Shown: positions 28,877 through 39,012, numbered from the stretch's first letter. The stretch is DNA of 64,000 nt from Candidatus Bathyarchaeota archaeon (GCA_963826715.1 CAWGYA010000002.1:384001-448000); one strand, 5' to 3'. The notes: generated from the sequence alone by a model not told the origin. Program-made: numbers and translations.

Positions 28877-29427
28877 AGCTCATGCCTTCTTCTCTCCCTC
28901 GTGCTCTTTGCTTACGCGTCTTTAAACGCCAAATAGTTACGCAACTCAGTCGAATGCTTGAAGCCTTTACAGTTGTCCATGACATTGGTTGTTTTAGTTC
29001 AACCATTTAAAAACAGAATAATAATTGTAAGAATACCGGGTCAGAGGTAGGGTGAGAGGGCAAGTTACAACAAAAAACATAAAGTCTTTTTCCCTACCGT
29101 TTACCGCTTTATCTAGAACTACCTGCACAAAATAGCCCCACCATCGAGTCACTTTATAAAAATTAACATATAGTCACGCCCAAGTTGAAGACGGAAATAA
29201 TGAAATTTGATTGCCCCCTGCAACGACTAACTAACATTCAGGGGTTTTCCTCAAACTGTTTATAGCTAACTCAAATAAAAAGGCTTTTGATTAGTCGCAG
29301 ATCAATGAAAGAGACAGGCCCTCACCATGCATCATTGATTACTTCAATAGGAGAATTGACTGAAGAAGCACCGGATTATGTTAATTTAGACAAAAAAGAG
29401 TGGAGTTAAAAAAAATTTGAGCGTCTA

Positions 29428-30153
29428 TTATGAATATTTTTCAAGTAATTCTTTGACTGCTTTGAGCAACTCTGCAGGGTTTTCTTTAAACCGTTCGTCT
29501 AATCTGAAATGCGCTGGTTCCATCACTTCGGGTCGGACTACCCGTATTTTATCTCTGATGGTGCTTATGCGAGAGGCAAGGTTCAATTCGGGATATATTT
29601 CATCGATGACAGCAATAACTACTGAGTCTTCAGGTTGCAGGACTACTTGAGGGTCAAACCAGTGAGCCGGTTCCATGACTTCAGGTCTCACAGCTATTGC
29701 CTTACCGTGGGTTACAGTAGTCAATGTTGGAATCGTAAGCGTTGGTTTTCTGAAATGCGCTGGTTCCATCCAATCCGTCTTAAGTTTGAGTTTTAATGCA
29801 TCAAACCAAATGGCATACAAACAATATTTGCCAACGGACGCTTTGATAGGAGTCTCTTTTAGGTTGCTAAGTGCATGATTTAGTTCGCTTTCAAAAAGGG
29901 TTCCTCGTAGATTATCGCCGCCAATGGTGAGTTTGTTTACATTTCCTTTTTCACCGATTTCAACAACGATAGGAATAGTTGTTGTTACGACGAAACCAAT
30001 TTTTCTTGAAACACTATCAAAAGCATTATCGATAGCTTTTTGGTATTTTTCCTTGATTATTTTGTAAATTGCAAGCAGGTCTTCGTATTGTTTTATGATT
30101 CCGGGGTGTGCAGGTTCCATCCAGTCTCTAAGTCTAAGATTTTTTTCAGCCAA
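29428..30153 (-). CDS. Protein with four (W/V)MEPAH repeats; putative radical SAM substrate
   Basis: DWMEPAHP, DWMEPAHF, RPEVMEPAHW, RPEVMEPAHF; TTG start with a GGAGGTGA RBS that contains the upstream stop codon. Confidence 0.75.
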   Translation of the reverse strand: MAEKNLRLRDWMEPAHPGIIKQYEDLLAIYKIIKEKYQKAIDNAFDSVSRKIGFVVTTTIPIVVEIGEKGNVNKLTIGGDNLRGTLFESELNHALSNLKETPIKASVGKYCLYAIWFDALKLKLKTDWMEPAHFRKPTLTIPTLTTVTHGKAIAVRPEVMEPAHWFDPQVVLQPEDSVVIAVIDEIYPELNLASRISTIRDKIRVVRPEVMEPAHFRLDERFKENPAELLKAVKELLEKYS

Positions 30154-30157
30154 TTTC

Positions 30158-31906
30158 TCACCTCCTTTGGTCTTCTTCTAATTGTTTTTTGAAGAAGTTA
30201 TATGGAATTACATATGGAGAAAGCCCCATCAAATCAAGTATGCCCGCTTGGGGACCAAGAGATTGACTTTGGAAGCTAGATTTGTCATTGATTGAAAGTA
30301 CCGAGCTTTCTAAGCCGCCATTGGCATAAATTGCGGGCATCATTTTTATCGCGTTATCCCTGTTTTTGTAAGCTTCTTCCATCCAGTCAATGATAGCTTG
30401 ACCCTGCAACCGCAGCACACTACTTTTCTTATCGATTTGTGTACGCATTTGCTGAGTAAAGTTGGCGATGGCTGCTTCATCATGATTTTCTCCAGAAATG
30501 AAATCGTAAATCACACTTAGCCAATGATATGTATCAAGATTTGTCTGTTTTATGAAATTCTTAACTTCACTTCTCAGAGTTTCAGACAATAGGTTAGGGT
30601 AGAAACGCCTTAGCAGTTGGAAGTAGAAATCCACCTGCATGTTGAAGTAATGCAATCCATAGTCACTGAAATTGCGGTCAAAGAACGCATAATTAGCGAT
30701 TTGATGGAATAATTCGCATTTTGAATCTGCAAGACGATAATCGAAGCCGAAATAACTCCCTAACAGACGGTTTTCGGCAGTTAGTTTTGCTTCTAAACCT
30801 GTGCCTGCATAAGCTTCTGCTCGGCAAAAGTTAAACGGATTGTCAAGGTGCCTTTCCATGAAACGAATATTAAGCAGCAAATCTGCCATGGATGCGTCCG
30901 GCTCAAACATCAGAAAATTATAAGCAACATGGATATTGAAATCGTTGAGTACGGTGAGTGCGTTGAGAGTTTGCTCAAGGGTTTGTATTCGGTTTAAATT
31001 ATTTAGTCCATTAGCCGAAGCGTTTTCAACTCCCAAGAAAACCCTAAATAAGCCCAACTCATCAAGGATTTTTATGGATTCTCGATCTATGCTTTCAGGC
31101 CTTGCTTTGATAGCAATAGCGATTCCTTCAACTTTCTCTTGCTTTAAACGGTCTCGAAGAAGTCTAAAACGCTCAATTGCTTGCTGCTGATTGGGCAGGA
31201 AGAAATTATCATCCTGAAAATTAAAAATTCTTATTCCGTGCTCAAAGTACAGTTGCTTCATCTCTGCAACGATGTTTTCTACGCTGCGATAGCGGAATTT
31301 CTTACCTCCAGCCTGATTATACCAAGCGTTAATGCTGCAAAAAGCGCAGTTCCGCCAGCAACCGCGGCTGCTTAGAATGCTGCCGATTTTTTTCCCGAAA
31401 TACTCATGGAAATGCTCCCTTTTTGGGAAAGGCAAAGAATCCAAGTTTTCCCTGTTCCCATTTCCTTTGTTTGTGGAGATTTTGCCATCTGTATTTCGAT
31501 AACATAAAGCTGGAACCGATGCGAGTTTGTCGAGATTATTTGCCAGTGAGACCATAAGGTCTTCACCTTCACCTAAAGCAACCGAGTTTATAGCGGGGTA
31601 ATCAGTAAGTAGCTGTTCGCTGTTGAAAGACGCGAAATGTCCCCCGGCAACTATGTGGCCCTCGTAACCCGACTCTCGAATGCTTTTGGCTAAGTTGAGA
31701 AACTCTCTGGCCCGGCTGGTGAACACCATAGATAAACCTATGATTTGGGGGGTAAAGTTGAGGATGTCTTGAACTACTTTTGCTTGGTCGTAGTTTGAAT
31801 TGAAAGGAATTACTTGTGTTTGATGTTTATGCGCTTCAAGTGAGGCGGCTATGTAGCGTAGCCCCAGATTTTCTTCAAGTTCAGCTCCTACAAGTGCTAT
31901 TTTCAT
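30158..31906 (-). CDS. Cobalamin-binding radical SAM enzyme (class B methyltransferase-like)
   Basis: N-terminal B12-binding domain (LGLRYIAA, IVAGGHF), SRGCWRNCAFC, FQDDNF, LGVEN; long C-terminal extension. Confidence 0.9.
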   Translation of the reverse strand: MKIALVGAELEENLGLRYIAASLEAHKHQTQVIPFNSNYDQAKVVQDILNFTPQIIGLSMVFTSRAREFLNLAKSIRESGYEGHIVAGGHFASFNSEQLLTDYPAINSVALGEGEDLMVSLANNLDKLASVPALCYRNTDGKISTNKGNGNRENLDSLPFPKREHFHEYFGKKIGSILSSRGCWRNCAFCSINAWYNQAGGKKFRYRSVENIVAEMKQLYFEHGIRIFNFQDDNFFLPNQQQAIERFRLLRDRLKQEKVEGIAIAIKARPESIDRESIKILDELGLFRVFLGVENASANGLNNLNRIQTLEQTLNALTVLNDFNIHVAYNFLMFEPDASMADLLLNIRFMERHLDNPFNFCRAEAYAGTGLEAKLTAENRLLGSYFGFDYRLADSKCELFHQIANYAFFDRNFSDYGLHYFNMQVDFYFQLLRRFYPNLLSETLRSEVKNFIKQTNLDTYHWLSVIYDFISGENHDEAAIANFTQQMRTQIDKKSSVLRLQGQAIIDWMEEAYKNRDNAIKMMPAIYANGGLESSVLSINDKSSFQSQSLGPQAGILDLMGLSPYVIPYNFFKKQLEEDQRR

Positions 31907-32844
31907 TTTGTTTTTCTCCCAAAGTCTTAAATAGGCAGATGTCTGCTTTCAGCCGACTTATCTATTGTTTCTTAAAGTTCCCTGCTTGCTTTACCTAACT
32001 TATGCTCTATCATATTTAATAATATGTGACTGTATAGAGATACCTACAAATCACCACCATTTTCTGCCACCAACTCTACGTTCGTCCTCAACTTTTTAAG
32101 TGGGAAGTGATGGGTCAAAGCCAGAATTGCTGATGTCAAATCTGTGAAGTTCTTTGCAGTTTGGGCATCTGAAAAGGAGTTTTGTGCCAACCCCCGCATA
32201 GAATAGTTTAGGGCTCTTGGTTAATACTGGATATGTTCAAATCAAAAATGTACTCGATTCAACGCTCGACTATGAATCTAGTATATGATGCATCGCCTTT
32301 ATTCTGCGTTAATGGGTTATGTTTTAATAGGCTCAATTAAAACTGCCGACTAAATTCAACTATTTTTTTAAGCGTTATCGCTTGACCACATACAAAAACG
32401 GCTTCTATTCGACTGCAAGAGGCAAACTATACCGCAAAGCATCAGTCGCATTGTCGTTCTCTGACGTCTTACCGATACTCCAACAACTTATGATAAGGTT
32501 ATAAGATAAGAAAAATTGCTTGGAAGAATGTTGAAGCTTAATTTGGCTATTGATTTTTTGACTCGTTAACCGCTTTTTCTAAATCAGTCAAGTCCAAAAT
32601 AATACGGTTAGTAATAGAGTTAAATTTCTCAGGTTGCCGTTTCCTAAATTGAGTAAACCGATAACGGTAACGCATGAGGCTATTCCAACTTTTCTTTTCT
32701 GTTGTGCTGCCATCTACAAGTAAGCTTGGAAGCTTGCGCTTAACCCTATCAGCACTTACCAAAAAAGAAAACCTCCTTAATAGTAATGGCAGATGGAAGA
32801 GAAAAAAGGGGAAAGTGTAGTAAAAATACTTGTCTGGGGGGGCA

Positions 32845-32863
32845 AATCCTGCCCGTAGCACCA
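32845..32863 (+). repeat. attR core, AATCCTGCCCGTAGCACCA
   Basis: Identical to 16671-16689. Confidence 0.9.
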
Positions 32864-32937
32864 ATAAATCCCAATCCATGGGGAAATTTTTATACAACTT
32901 AGACCTTTTAGGATATAAGTCTCGCTGGGTGGCTTGG

Positions 32938-33177
32938 TTGATTAAATATATCGTAACAGAGGAAGACAAAAGAAGCCTTAAGGCGTTAGCCATAGAGCTC
33001 CATGAAATCCGCAAGCTAATCGAACAACTCGCCGAAACCGCAGTAAATCTAAGCGACAAACAATTTTTGAAGTGTTTTAATGCAAGCCAAAACGCCCTTA
33101 AAGAGAAACAGGTTGACCGCTATTGGGAAACGCTGGAAAAAGAGATAGACATTGTTGAAAAGGAATTTCAAGCCTAA
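32938..33177 (+). CDS. Hypothetical protein, antitoxin-like (start uncertain)
   Basis: LAETAVNLSDKQFLKCF resembles the L-ET-xx-LSD segment of Phd/YefM-type antitoxin C-termini. Confidence 0.4.
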   Translation: MIKYIVTEEDKRSLKALAIELHEIRKLIEQLAETAVNLSDKQFLKCFNASQNALKEKQVDRYWETLEKEIDIVEKEFQA

Positions 33178-33493
33178 ATGAAAGCGCCTTTTGAGCCAAT
33201 AGTTTTGGGTCACCTTCCTCTTTGGACTCGGTCTTAATTACTTGGGGTAATTGCTCTTTTTAAATATTGATGCTAAGACTCAATAGTTTTAACCAGGCTT
33301 TTCAGGACTATAAAGCAAGCCAAGCCCACCCATTGCGTGATTAGTCATGTGGGCTTGTTGCAAATGCGGTACTTATAGATCGCAATATGCACACACACCA
33401 AATAGTGCAAACATTTAGCCGATACGGATAGAAAGGTTAATACCATAGACAGCGCGTTTGTAAATCCGTTACAAATAAGCTGTTTCTATATAG

Positions 33494-33745
33494 TTGCTAA
33501 TAACTACAGTCAAACGCTTAATTGGATACCATAAACCCAAATTGTCAGGAGGAAAAAAATTGAAGAAGAAAACCAATACAGCATCGATGCTGTTCACTTG
33601 CCCACAATGCAACTCAAACTTTGAATTTGACGCAATAGGCGAATATGAACTGGTTGCCTGCCCCGTATGTGGAACCCCGTGCGTCACAGTCAAAGCAGAA
33701 AACAAACAAGTACTACAGCACTTTGAGCAAGCTCTAATATGTTAA
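33494..33745 (+). CDS. Small Zn-ribbon protein, LysW-like fold
   Basis: FTCPQC...ELVACPVCGT; lacks the EDWGE tail. Confidence 0.55.
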   Translation: MLITTVKRLIGYHKPKLSGGKKLKKKTNTASMLFTCPQCNSNFEFDAIGEYELVACPVCGTPCVTVKAENKQVLQHFEQALIC

Positions 33746-34042
33746 GAACCAGTATGTGGGTTTAATCATATATTCGCTTTGAGCTCTCCTTATTTTTTGT
33801 TTTTTTAATTTCTGAATCTTACCTTAAAAAAATCTGGAATTCCTGCATTCATACTAGATACATGATTTTTGCAATTACATAGATGCATAAATTTTTCTTA
33901 GGCAGTAAATACTGATGACTCCCACCTCACGTCTACTTCTATAAATGCTCATACCTTCAAGCGTAATTAAAACCCACAACCTCTATCAACTATTTACAGC
34001 ATAATACAAAATAACCAAGACGATATTTACCTACGAGAGGAA

Positions 34043-35830
34043 TTGACATTGGATGCTCCGCAAGTCATTTGGGACTTGACTGAACTTTTCAGTTGCATAG
34101 AAGACCCTAAAATCCAAAAGGGCGTTACGCAAATCATCGTATCAGCGGACGCTTTTGAGCAAAAATACCGTGGAAAAATCGCATCCCTATCAGCTAATGG
34201 GTTGTTGGAGTGCCTGCGAGAAGTGGAAAACTTTAACATCGTATTCAGTGACTTAACCCTTTACTCGAGTCTTTGCTTTGCAGCTGATATGACTCAGCCC
34301 AATTCTCAGGCATTAAATGACAGAATCAACAAGCTAGAAGCAAAAATAGCCAAGCAACTTGCCTTTTACTCCCTGGAGCTAGGTACATTACTTAAAAATA
34401 AGCCAGAAATTGTAAAAGCCTCTGAACTTGCTAACTATAAGCATATGCTAGAACGTATGCAACGTCGCATACCCCATCAACTTTCAGAAGTTGAGGAACA
34501 ACTAATTATTGAGAAAGACCAGTTTGGTGTATACGCGTGGGAAGAACTGCAGAGTAAATGGTTAAACACCCGATTATTTGAAGTAAGCGTTTTGGGTGAG
34601 AAGAAAACATTAAGCTATAGCGAAGCAAGTGGATTGCTCTCGAATCCTGATCGCGCTACCCGCGAATCCGCGAACCGAGTAATCTATGGGTTACTATGTA
34701 AAGACGGCGAAATTTTTTCATCATCTTTGCGAAGCATCTGCAATGACTGGGTTACAGTATGTAAACGACGAAAATATTCGTCGCCAATGGAACCCAGCTT
34801 GATAAGTAACGATACTTCGCAAGACATAATTGAGAATCTGCTACGGACTGTGGAGAAAGGCGCTGTATCATATAGGCGCTACCTCAAATTGAAAGCAAAA
34901 CTGATGGGTTTGCCAGTGCTTGCTAATTATGACATTGTGGCTCCCCTACCGGAAGTGAAAGAATCTAAGATCACTTTTTCACAAGCCCAGGATATCCTAA
35001 CTCAAGCGTATAGCCGGTTTGATATCAATTACTCTTTAGCTGTTAAAGAAATGTTTGAGAAGCGACATATCGATGCGGAACCAAGGTTTGGAAAACGCAA
35101 TGGTGCCTTCTGCGCAAGTTACTGCAGTGGTAAATCAGCATATATTTTGCAGAGCTTTAATGGTACCCTAAGCGACGTATTTACGTTGGCACATGAATTA
35201 GGGCATGCCACCCATGACTGGTTCATGGCAAGAAACCAGACTTTCATGAACATCCATGTGCCCTCCATCGTTGCGGAAACCGCCTCTATCTTTGGCGAGT
35301 TGCTATTAACGGATTTAATGCTGGATAGAACTAAATCCAACACAGAACGCAAGGCGTTACTCTGCTTGGTTTTGGATGAAGTAGGTATGACTGCTTTTCA
35401 GGTAACGGCGCGGGTGTGGTTCGAACAGCAACTCTACTCATCAATTGAGAATGGCGAATTTCTCGATTACCCTACTATCTGCCGACACTGGACGGAAGCG
35501 CGGGACCGGATTTTTGGCGACGCTGTTAGATGGCTCCCCGAAATGTCAGCGGAATGGACAATGAAGCCACATTACTATATGGCCAACTATCGCTTCTACA
35601 ATTACCCCTATGTTTACGCACAGATGTTCGTCTATAGCCTTTACGAACGCTATCTTAAGGAGGGCAAGTCTTTTGTGCCTAAATTGGTAGAGTTGCTTTC
35701 AACTGGCAGCAGTAAATCACCACGAGAACTCGGCGAAGTTGTAGGTTTGAATATATCTGACCCCGATTTTTGGCTAGGAGGCTTAAGGGTGTTTGAAGGT
35801 TTCATCGGCAGCTTAGAAGAAACCCTTTAG
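34043..35830 (+). CDS. pepF: Oligoendopeptidase F (M3B family)
   Basis: WDLTELF N-terminus, GKRNGAFC, HELGH, AETAS, HYY..FYNYPY. Confidence 0.92.
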   Translation: MTLDAPQVIWDLTELFSCIEDPKIQKGVTQIIVSADAFEQKYRGKIASLSANGLLECLREVENFNIVFSDLTLYSSLCFAADMTQPNSQALNDRINKLEAKIAKQLAFYSLELGTLLKNKPEIVKASELANYKHMLERMQRRIPHQLSEVEEQLIIEKDQFGVYAWEELQSKWLNTRLFEVSVLGEKKTLSYSEASGLLSNPDRATRESANRVIYGLLCKDGEIFSSSLRSICNDWVTVCKRRKYSSPMEPSLISNDTSQDIIENLLRTVEKGAVSYRRYLKLKAKLMGLPVLANYDIVAPLPEVKESKITFSQAQDILTQAYSRFDINYSLAVKEMFEKRHIDAEPRFGKRNGAFCASYCSGKSAYILQSFNGTLSDVFTLAHELGHATHDWFMARNQTFMNIHVPSIVAETASIFGELLLTDLMLDRTKSNTERKALLCLVLDEVGMTAFQVTARVWFEQQLYSSIENGEFLDYPTICRHWTEARDRIFGDAVRWLPEMSAEWTMKPHYYMANYRFYNYPYVYAQMFVYSLYERYLKEGKSFVPKLVELLSTGSSKSPRELGEVVGLNISDPDFWLGGLRVFEGFIGSLEETL

Positions 35831-36012
35831 AGATGCCATAAAGCGTTTCCACTTTTGTCATGCCTATGTGGAAATATGGTTAACTGGGTATAGGAAGTTT
35901 ATAGCGTTACCATAAAGGTGAAAAGGGGTTAAAAGGAAAAGACCCATAAAACGGGGAGCAATAGCCGTTAAAGCTTTTGTTCTTGCAAACTGTAGCTAAT
36001 ATGTGAAGGAAG

Positions 36013-36348
36013 TTGGAAAAAGCAAAACATACCACTAAAGCAATTCATGAGTTAACAGAAACTTACGCTGAGACCTGCCGCGCAATAAAAAACACTGCTA
36101 AAGATACCGCGCAGACAAAAAAGCTTTGGCGAGAAGGCAACAAATCCAATCTGATAAAAATCGGTGTAGCATGCATAGTTTTCCCAGACCCTTCGCCAGT
36201 TGGCGAAATAATAGGTGCCGGTTTTTTGGTGGCAGGTGCAGTACAGAAAGGCATTCAAAACCGAGCGGCTTACATAGGGGACATCAAAAAGAGCTTAGAG
36301 AGTACCCTTCGGGATCTTAGTCGAACTCAAAGTGAAATTCGCATTTAG
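36013..36348 (+). CDS. Hypothetical protein
   Basis: ORF with a central hydrophobic hairpin (FPDPSPVGEIIGAG). Confidence 0.55.
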   Translation: MEKAKHTTKAIHELTETYAETCRAIKNTAKDTAQTKKLWREGNKSNLIKIGVACIVFPDPSPVGEIIGAGFLVAGAVQKGIQNRAAYIGDIKKSLESTLRDLSRTQSEIRI

Positions 36349-36652
36349 CCGAAAATTCCAAAAGACGGTTCTTTTCAACACCAACTTTTTGTTCGGTTAC
36401 GAAACTTGGTTTTCTTATAAATCCAAATTAGCTTTTTTGGTAATACCTCCTCATTCAAAAAAATTGACCTGTTTGGAACTAACAAATAAGGTACCCACAC
36501 TCGAAGTGTTATGTGAGGAACAATTAAGAAATACGCTAAAGATGACTTAAAAATGGGAAAACAGAGAAAATGTAGCATAAATTATAGAAGAATTCCTATG
36601 AAAGTAAGAGAATAAGAGAGAGGTCTTGGAAAAGAAGACCTTGGATTTACAG

Positions 36653-37153
36653 TTACTTTGCCTCTTCTTTTTCTTGGAAGAGCTTTTTGATTGCACTGAT
36701 TCGAGCTTTTTGCGCCAAAACATCGCTTGTTACAACAGTAAGTGCTTCTTCGGGGCACCATTTGACGCATTGCGGACCTTCAGCTTTGTCTTTACATAAA
36801 TCGCACACGTAGACCACTTTGGTTTCTGGATGCAACATCATGGCACCATAATCACATGCTTCAATACACCAGCCGCAACCGTTGCATTTGTCTTTGTCCA
36901 GTACAATGTTGCCGGTGTCTTCTGCCTGTGAGAGAGCATCTCTTGGGCAGGCTGCTACACATGCAGGGTCCTCACAAAGTCTGCAGGTAACTGCCATGTT
37001 GGCTGTTTGGTTAACCCGAACTAAGCGAATGCGAGATTTCAACGGATTAAAGGCTTTCTCTTTATTCATAGAGCAAGCGTACTCACAGATTTGACAACCC
37101 ACGCATTTTTCGGGGTCGGCAGAAATGAATTTTCTTTGGTGAAGTTTAACCAT
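36653..37153 (-). CDS. 4Fe-4S multicluster electron-transfer subunit associated with AOR
   Basis: Multiple CxxCxxCxxxC motifs; coupled to aor. Confidence 0.9.
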   Translation of the reverse strand: MVKLHQRKFISADPEKCVGCQICEYACSMNKEKAFNPLKSRIRLVRVNQTANMAVTCRLCEDPACVAACPRDALSQAEDTGNIVLDKDKCNGCGWCIEACDYGAMMLHPETKVVYVCDLCKDKAEGPQCVKWCPEEALTVVTSDVLAQKARISAIKKLFQEKEEAK

Positions 37154-37155
37154 TT

Positions 37156-39012
37156 TTATGCCTCTTTCCCCTTTGTTAAACTTGAAAATTCTTGTAACCC
37201 TAATTCTTGAAGCTTCGCTTTAGGTGGAGTACCCTCTACTGTCCAACCACGAGCTTGATAGTAGTCGTCAAGCATCAAATCCAATTCCTCCTGAGTTACA
37301 ACAGAGCCCTTTGCGATCCCATCATCGGGTACTGGTTGATTCATGACTTTCCAGGGAAGTGTGTCATCACTTCTTGTAAAGCCCTCACGTAGATTGATAA
37401 GTTTAGCTAATGTGTTAATGCGTTCGCCTGCTATGCTGAGTTCTTCAGGGGTTATTTCAATACCAGTAGTGGCAGTGTAGAGTTTTGCCATGTCAGCGAG
37501 TTCCTTATAGAATGTGCCTTTCGCATTTTTGCACACAATAAGCGAGTCAATTATTGCAAAAATATCCTCATTATCTTTGACTAATTGACCTCTACCTTTT
37601 TCAGCCTTGAAGCGATCAACCTTGCCTTTGATATCAAGCGCGTATACACCACTTCGATTATGATCAGCTCCGCGGAATGAAACCGCTGCGGCCAACGCGG
37701 CTGTTTTGAGGCACCTTAGGTCGTAACCAGTAACTTCCAAGCCTTTGATTTGCTGGGCGAGTGAACCTGAGTTCTTACCGATTTTTTCTGCAGCCACCTT
37801 CACGCCGTCTGCCAGCATTTCACCAATACCTTCGCGTTTGCCGATTTGATCTATTAGTTGGATAAGTGCTTCGCTGTTGCCGAAGTGAGCGTCGATTCCG
37901 CCAAGATCTTCATGCGTTAAAATACCTTTTTCGTGGCAGTCCATAAGGAAGCTTATGGTCACACCAGTGCTTTGCGCATCCAAGCCATAGTAGTTACAGA
38001 GTTCAGAAGCTTTGATGATTGCGTCGAGTTTGTCTACGCCGACGTTTGGTCCAAGCGCCCAAAGGTTATCATACTCCATCCGAGCTATAACGCCTTTGTA
38101 CGGACCTTCCCGGACAACAGCCTCATGTTCACAGCGCATAGCACATGAGTTACAAGCGATAATTTTGGCGATGAAACGTTCGTTTAGGACCTCGCCGCTA
38201 ACTTTTTCTGCTTCATCAAAATGCGAATAAGTATAGTTGTTTGTGGGCATACAGAAAAGTGCATTATTAACCATGACATTTTCCACTGACCCCAGTGTAC
38301 GATATTTCTGTGCTGCGGGTCCCTTCATACGTTCATGAAATTCTTTAACCATATCCATGAATTCATCAGGTTTGGCAACAGCTATATCGCGGGTTCCTCG
38401 CACAGCAATGGCTTTAAGATTTTTGCTGCCCATAACAGCGCCAAGACCGCTTCTGCCTGCCGCTCGAGTTTTTTCGTTGATAATACATGCAATTTTGGAT
38501 TGTTTTTCACCTGCTAAACCGATTGATGCAACGCGAACATAATAATCGCCTATTTCGTCTTTGATTGCATCTTCGGTTTCGCTTGGGGATTTGCCCCAGA
38601 TGTGAGCTGCATCAAGTATTTGGATGGAGTCATCATCTATCCAGAGATAAACTGGTTTTTCAGCTATGCCGGTTAACACAATTGCGTCGTAACCTGCGCG
38701 TTTGAGTTCGGCTCCGAAGGTTCCGTGACTGACTGCTTCGCCAACACCGCCTGTTTCGGGTGATTTCGAAATGAAGGCGTGTCCGTTGCCGCCTGTAGGA
38801 AACATTGTTCCTGAAACTGGTCCGAGAGCTAACACAAGCGGGTTTTCAGCGCTCAGCGGGTTAATGCCTGCTTTTGAATTGGATAAGTAGAGTTTCATTC
38901 CTAAGCCGATTCCGCCAATATATTTTTTAGCGGTTTCCTCGCTTAGTTTTTCTATGCGGGTTTTGCCTGTCTTTAAATCGACAAATAGAACTCTTCCTGC
39001 GTAACCGAGCAA
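37156..39012 (-). CDS. aor: Tungsten-dependent aldehyde:ferredoxin oxidoreductase family enzyme
   Basis: GYAGRVLFVDL, KSPETG, AAGRSGLGAVMGSKNLKAI, CNSCAMRC, DDYYQARGW. Confidence 0.93.
   Translation of the reverse strand: MLGYAGRVLFVDLKTGKTRIEKLSEETAKKYIGGIGLGMKLYLSNSKAGINPLSAENPLVLALGPVSGTMFPTGGNGHAFISKSPETGGVGEAVSHGTFGAELKRAGYDAIVLTGIAEKPVYLWIDDDSIQILDAAHIWGKSPSETEDAIKDEIGDYYVRVASIGLAGEKQSKIACIINEKTRAAGRSGLGAVMGSKNLKAIAVRGTRDIAVAKPDEFMDMVKEFHERMKGPAAQKYRTLGSVENVMVNNALFCMPTNNYTYSHFDEAEKVSGEVLNERFIAKIIACNSCAMRCEHEAVVREGPYKGVIARMEYDNLWALGPNVGVDKLDAIIKASELCNYYGLDAQSTGVTISFLMDCHEKGILTHEDLGGIDAHFGNSEALIQLIDQIGKREGIGEMLADGVKVAAEKIGKNSGSLAQQIKGLEVTGYDLRCLKTAALAAAVSFRGADHNRSGVYALDIKGKVDRFKAEKGRGQLVKDNEDIFAIIDSLIVCKNAKGTFYKELADMAKLYTATTGIEITPEELSIAGERINTLAKLINLREGFTRSDDTLPWKVMNQPVPDDGIAKGSVVTQEELDLMLDDYYQARGWTVEGTPPKAKLQELGLQEFSSLTKGKEA

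Larger units (their letters stand above)
16671..32863. mobile_element. ~16.2-kb integrated element in tRNA-Leu(CAA)
   Basis: 19-bp direct repeat of the tRNA 3' end at both ends; tyrosine integrase next to attL; accessory and unknown gene content. Confidence 0.9.

Noticed and set aside
31910-32844. ncRNA or CRISPR array in the long non-coding right end of the element
   Set aside because: No regularly spaced repeats or convincing structure; ORF 32547-33059 crosses attR and looks spurious
34043-35830. PepF as the protease for the MEPAH protein
   Set aside because: Lies outside attR and is a common housekeeping peptidase; no evidence of linkage
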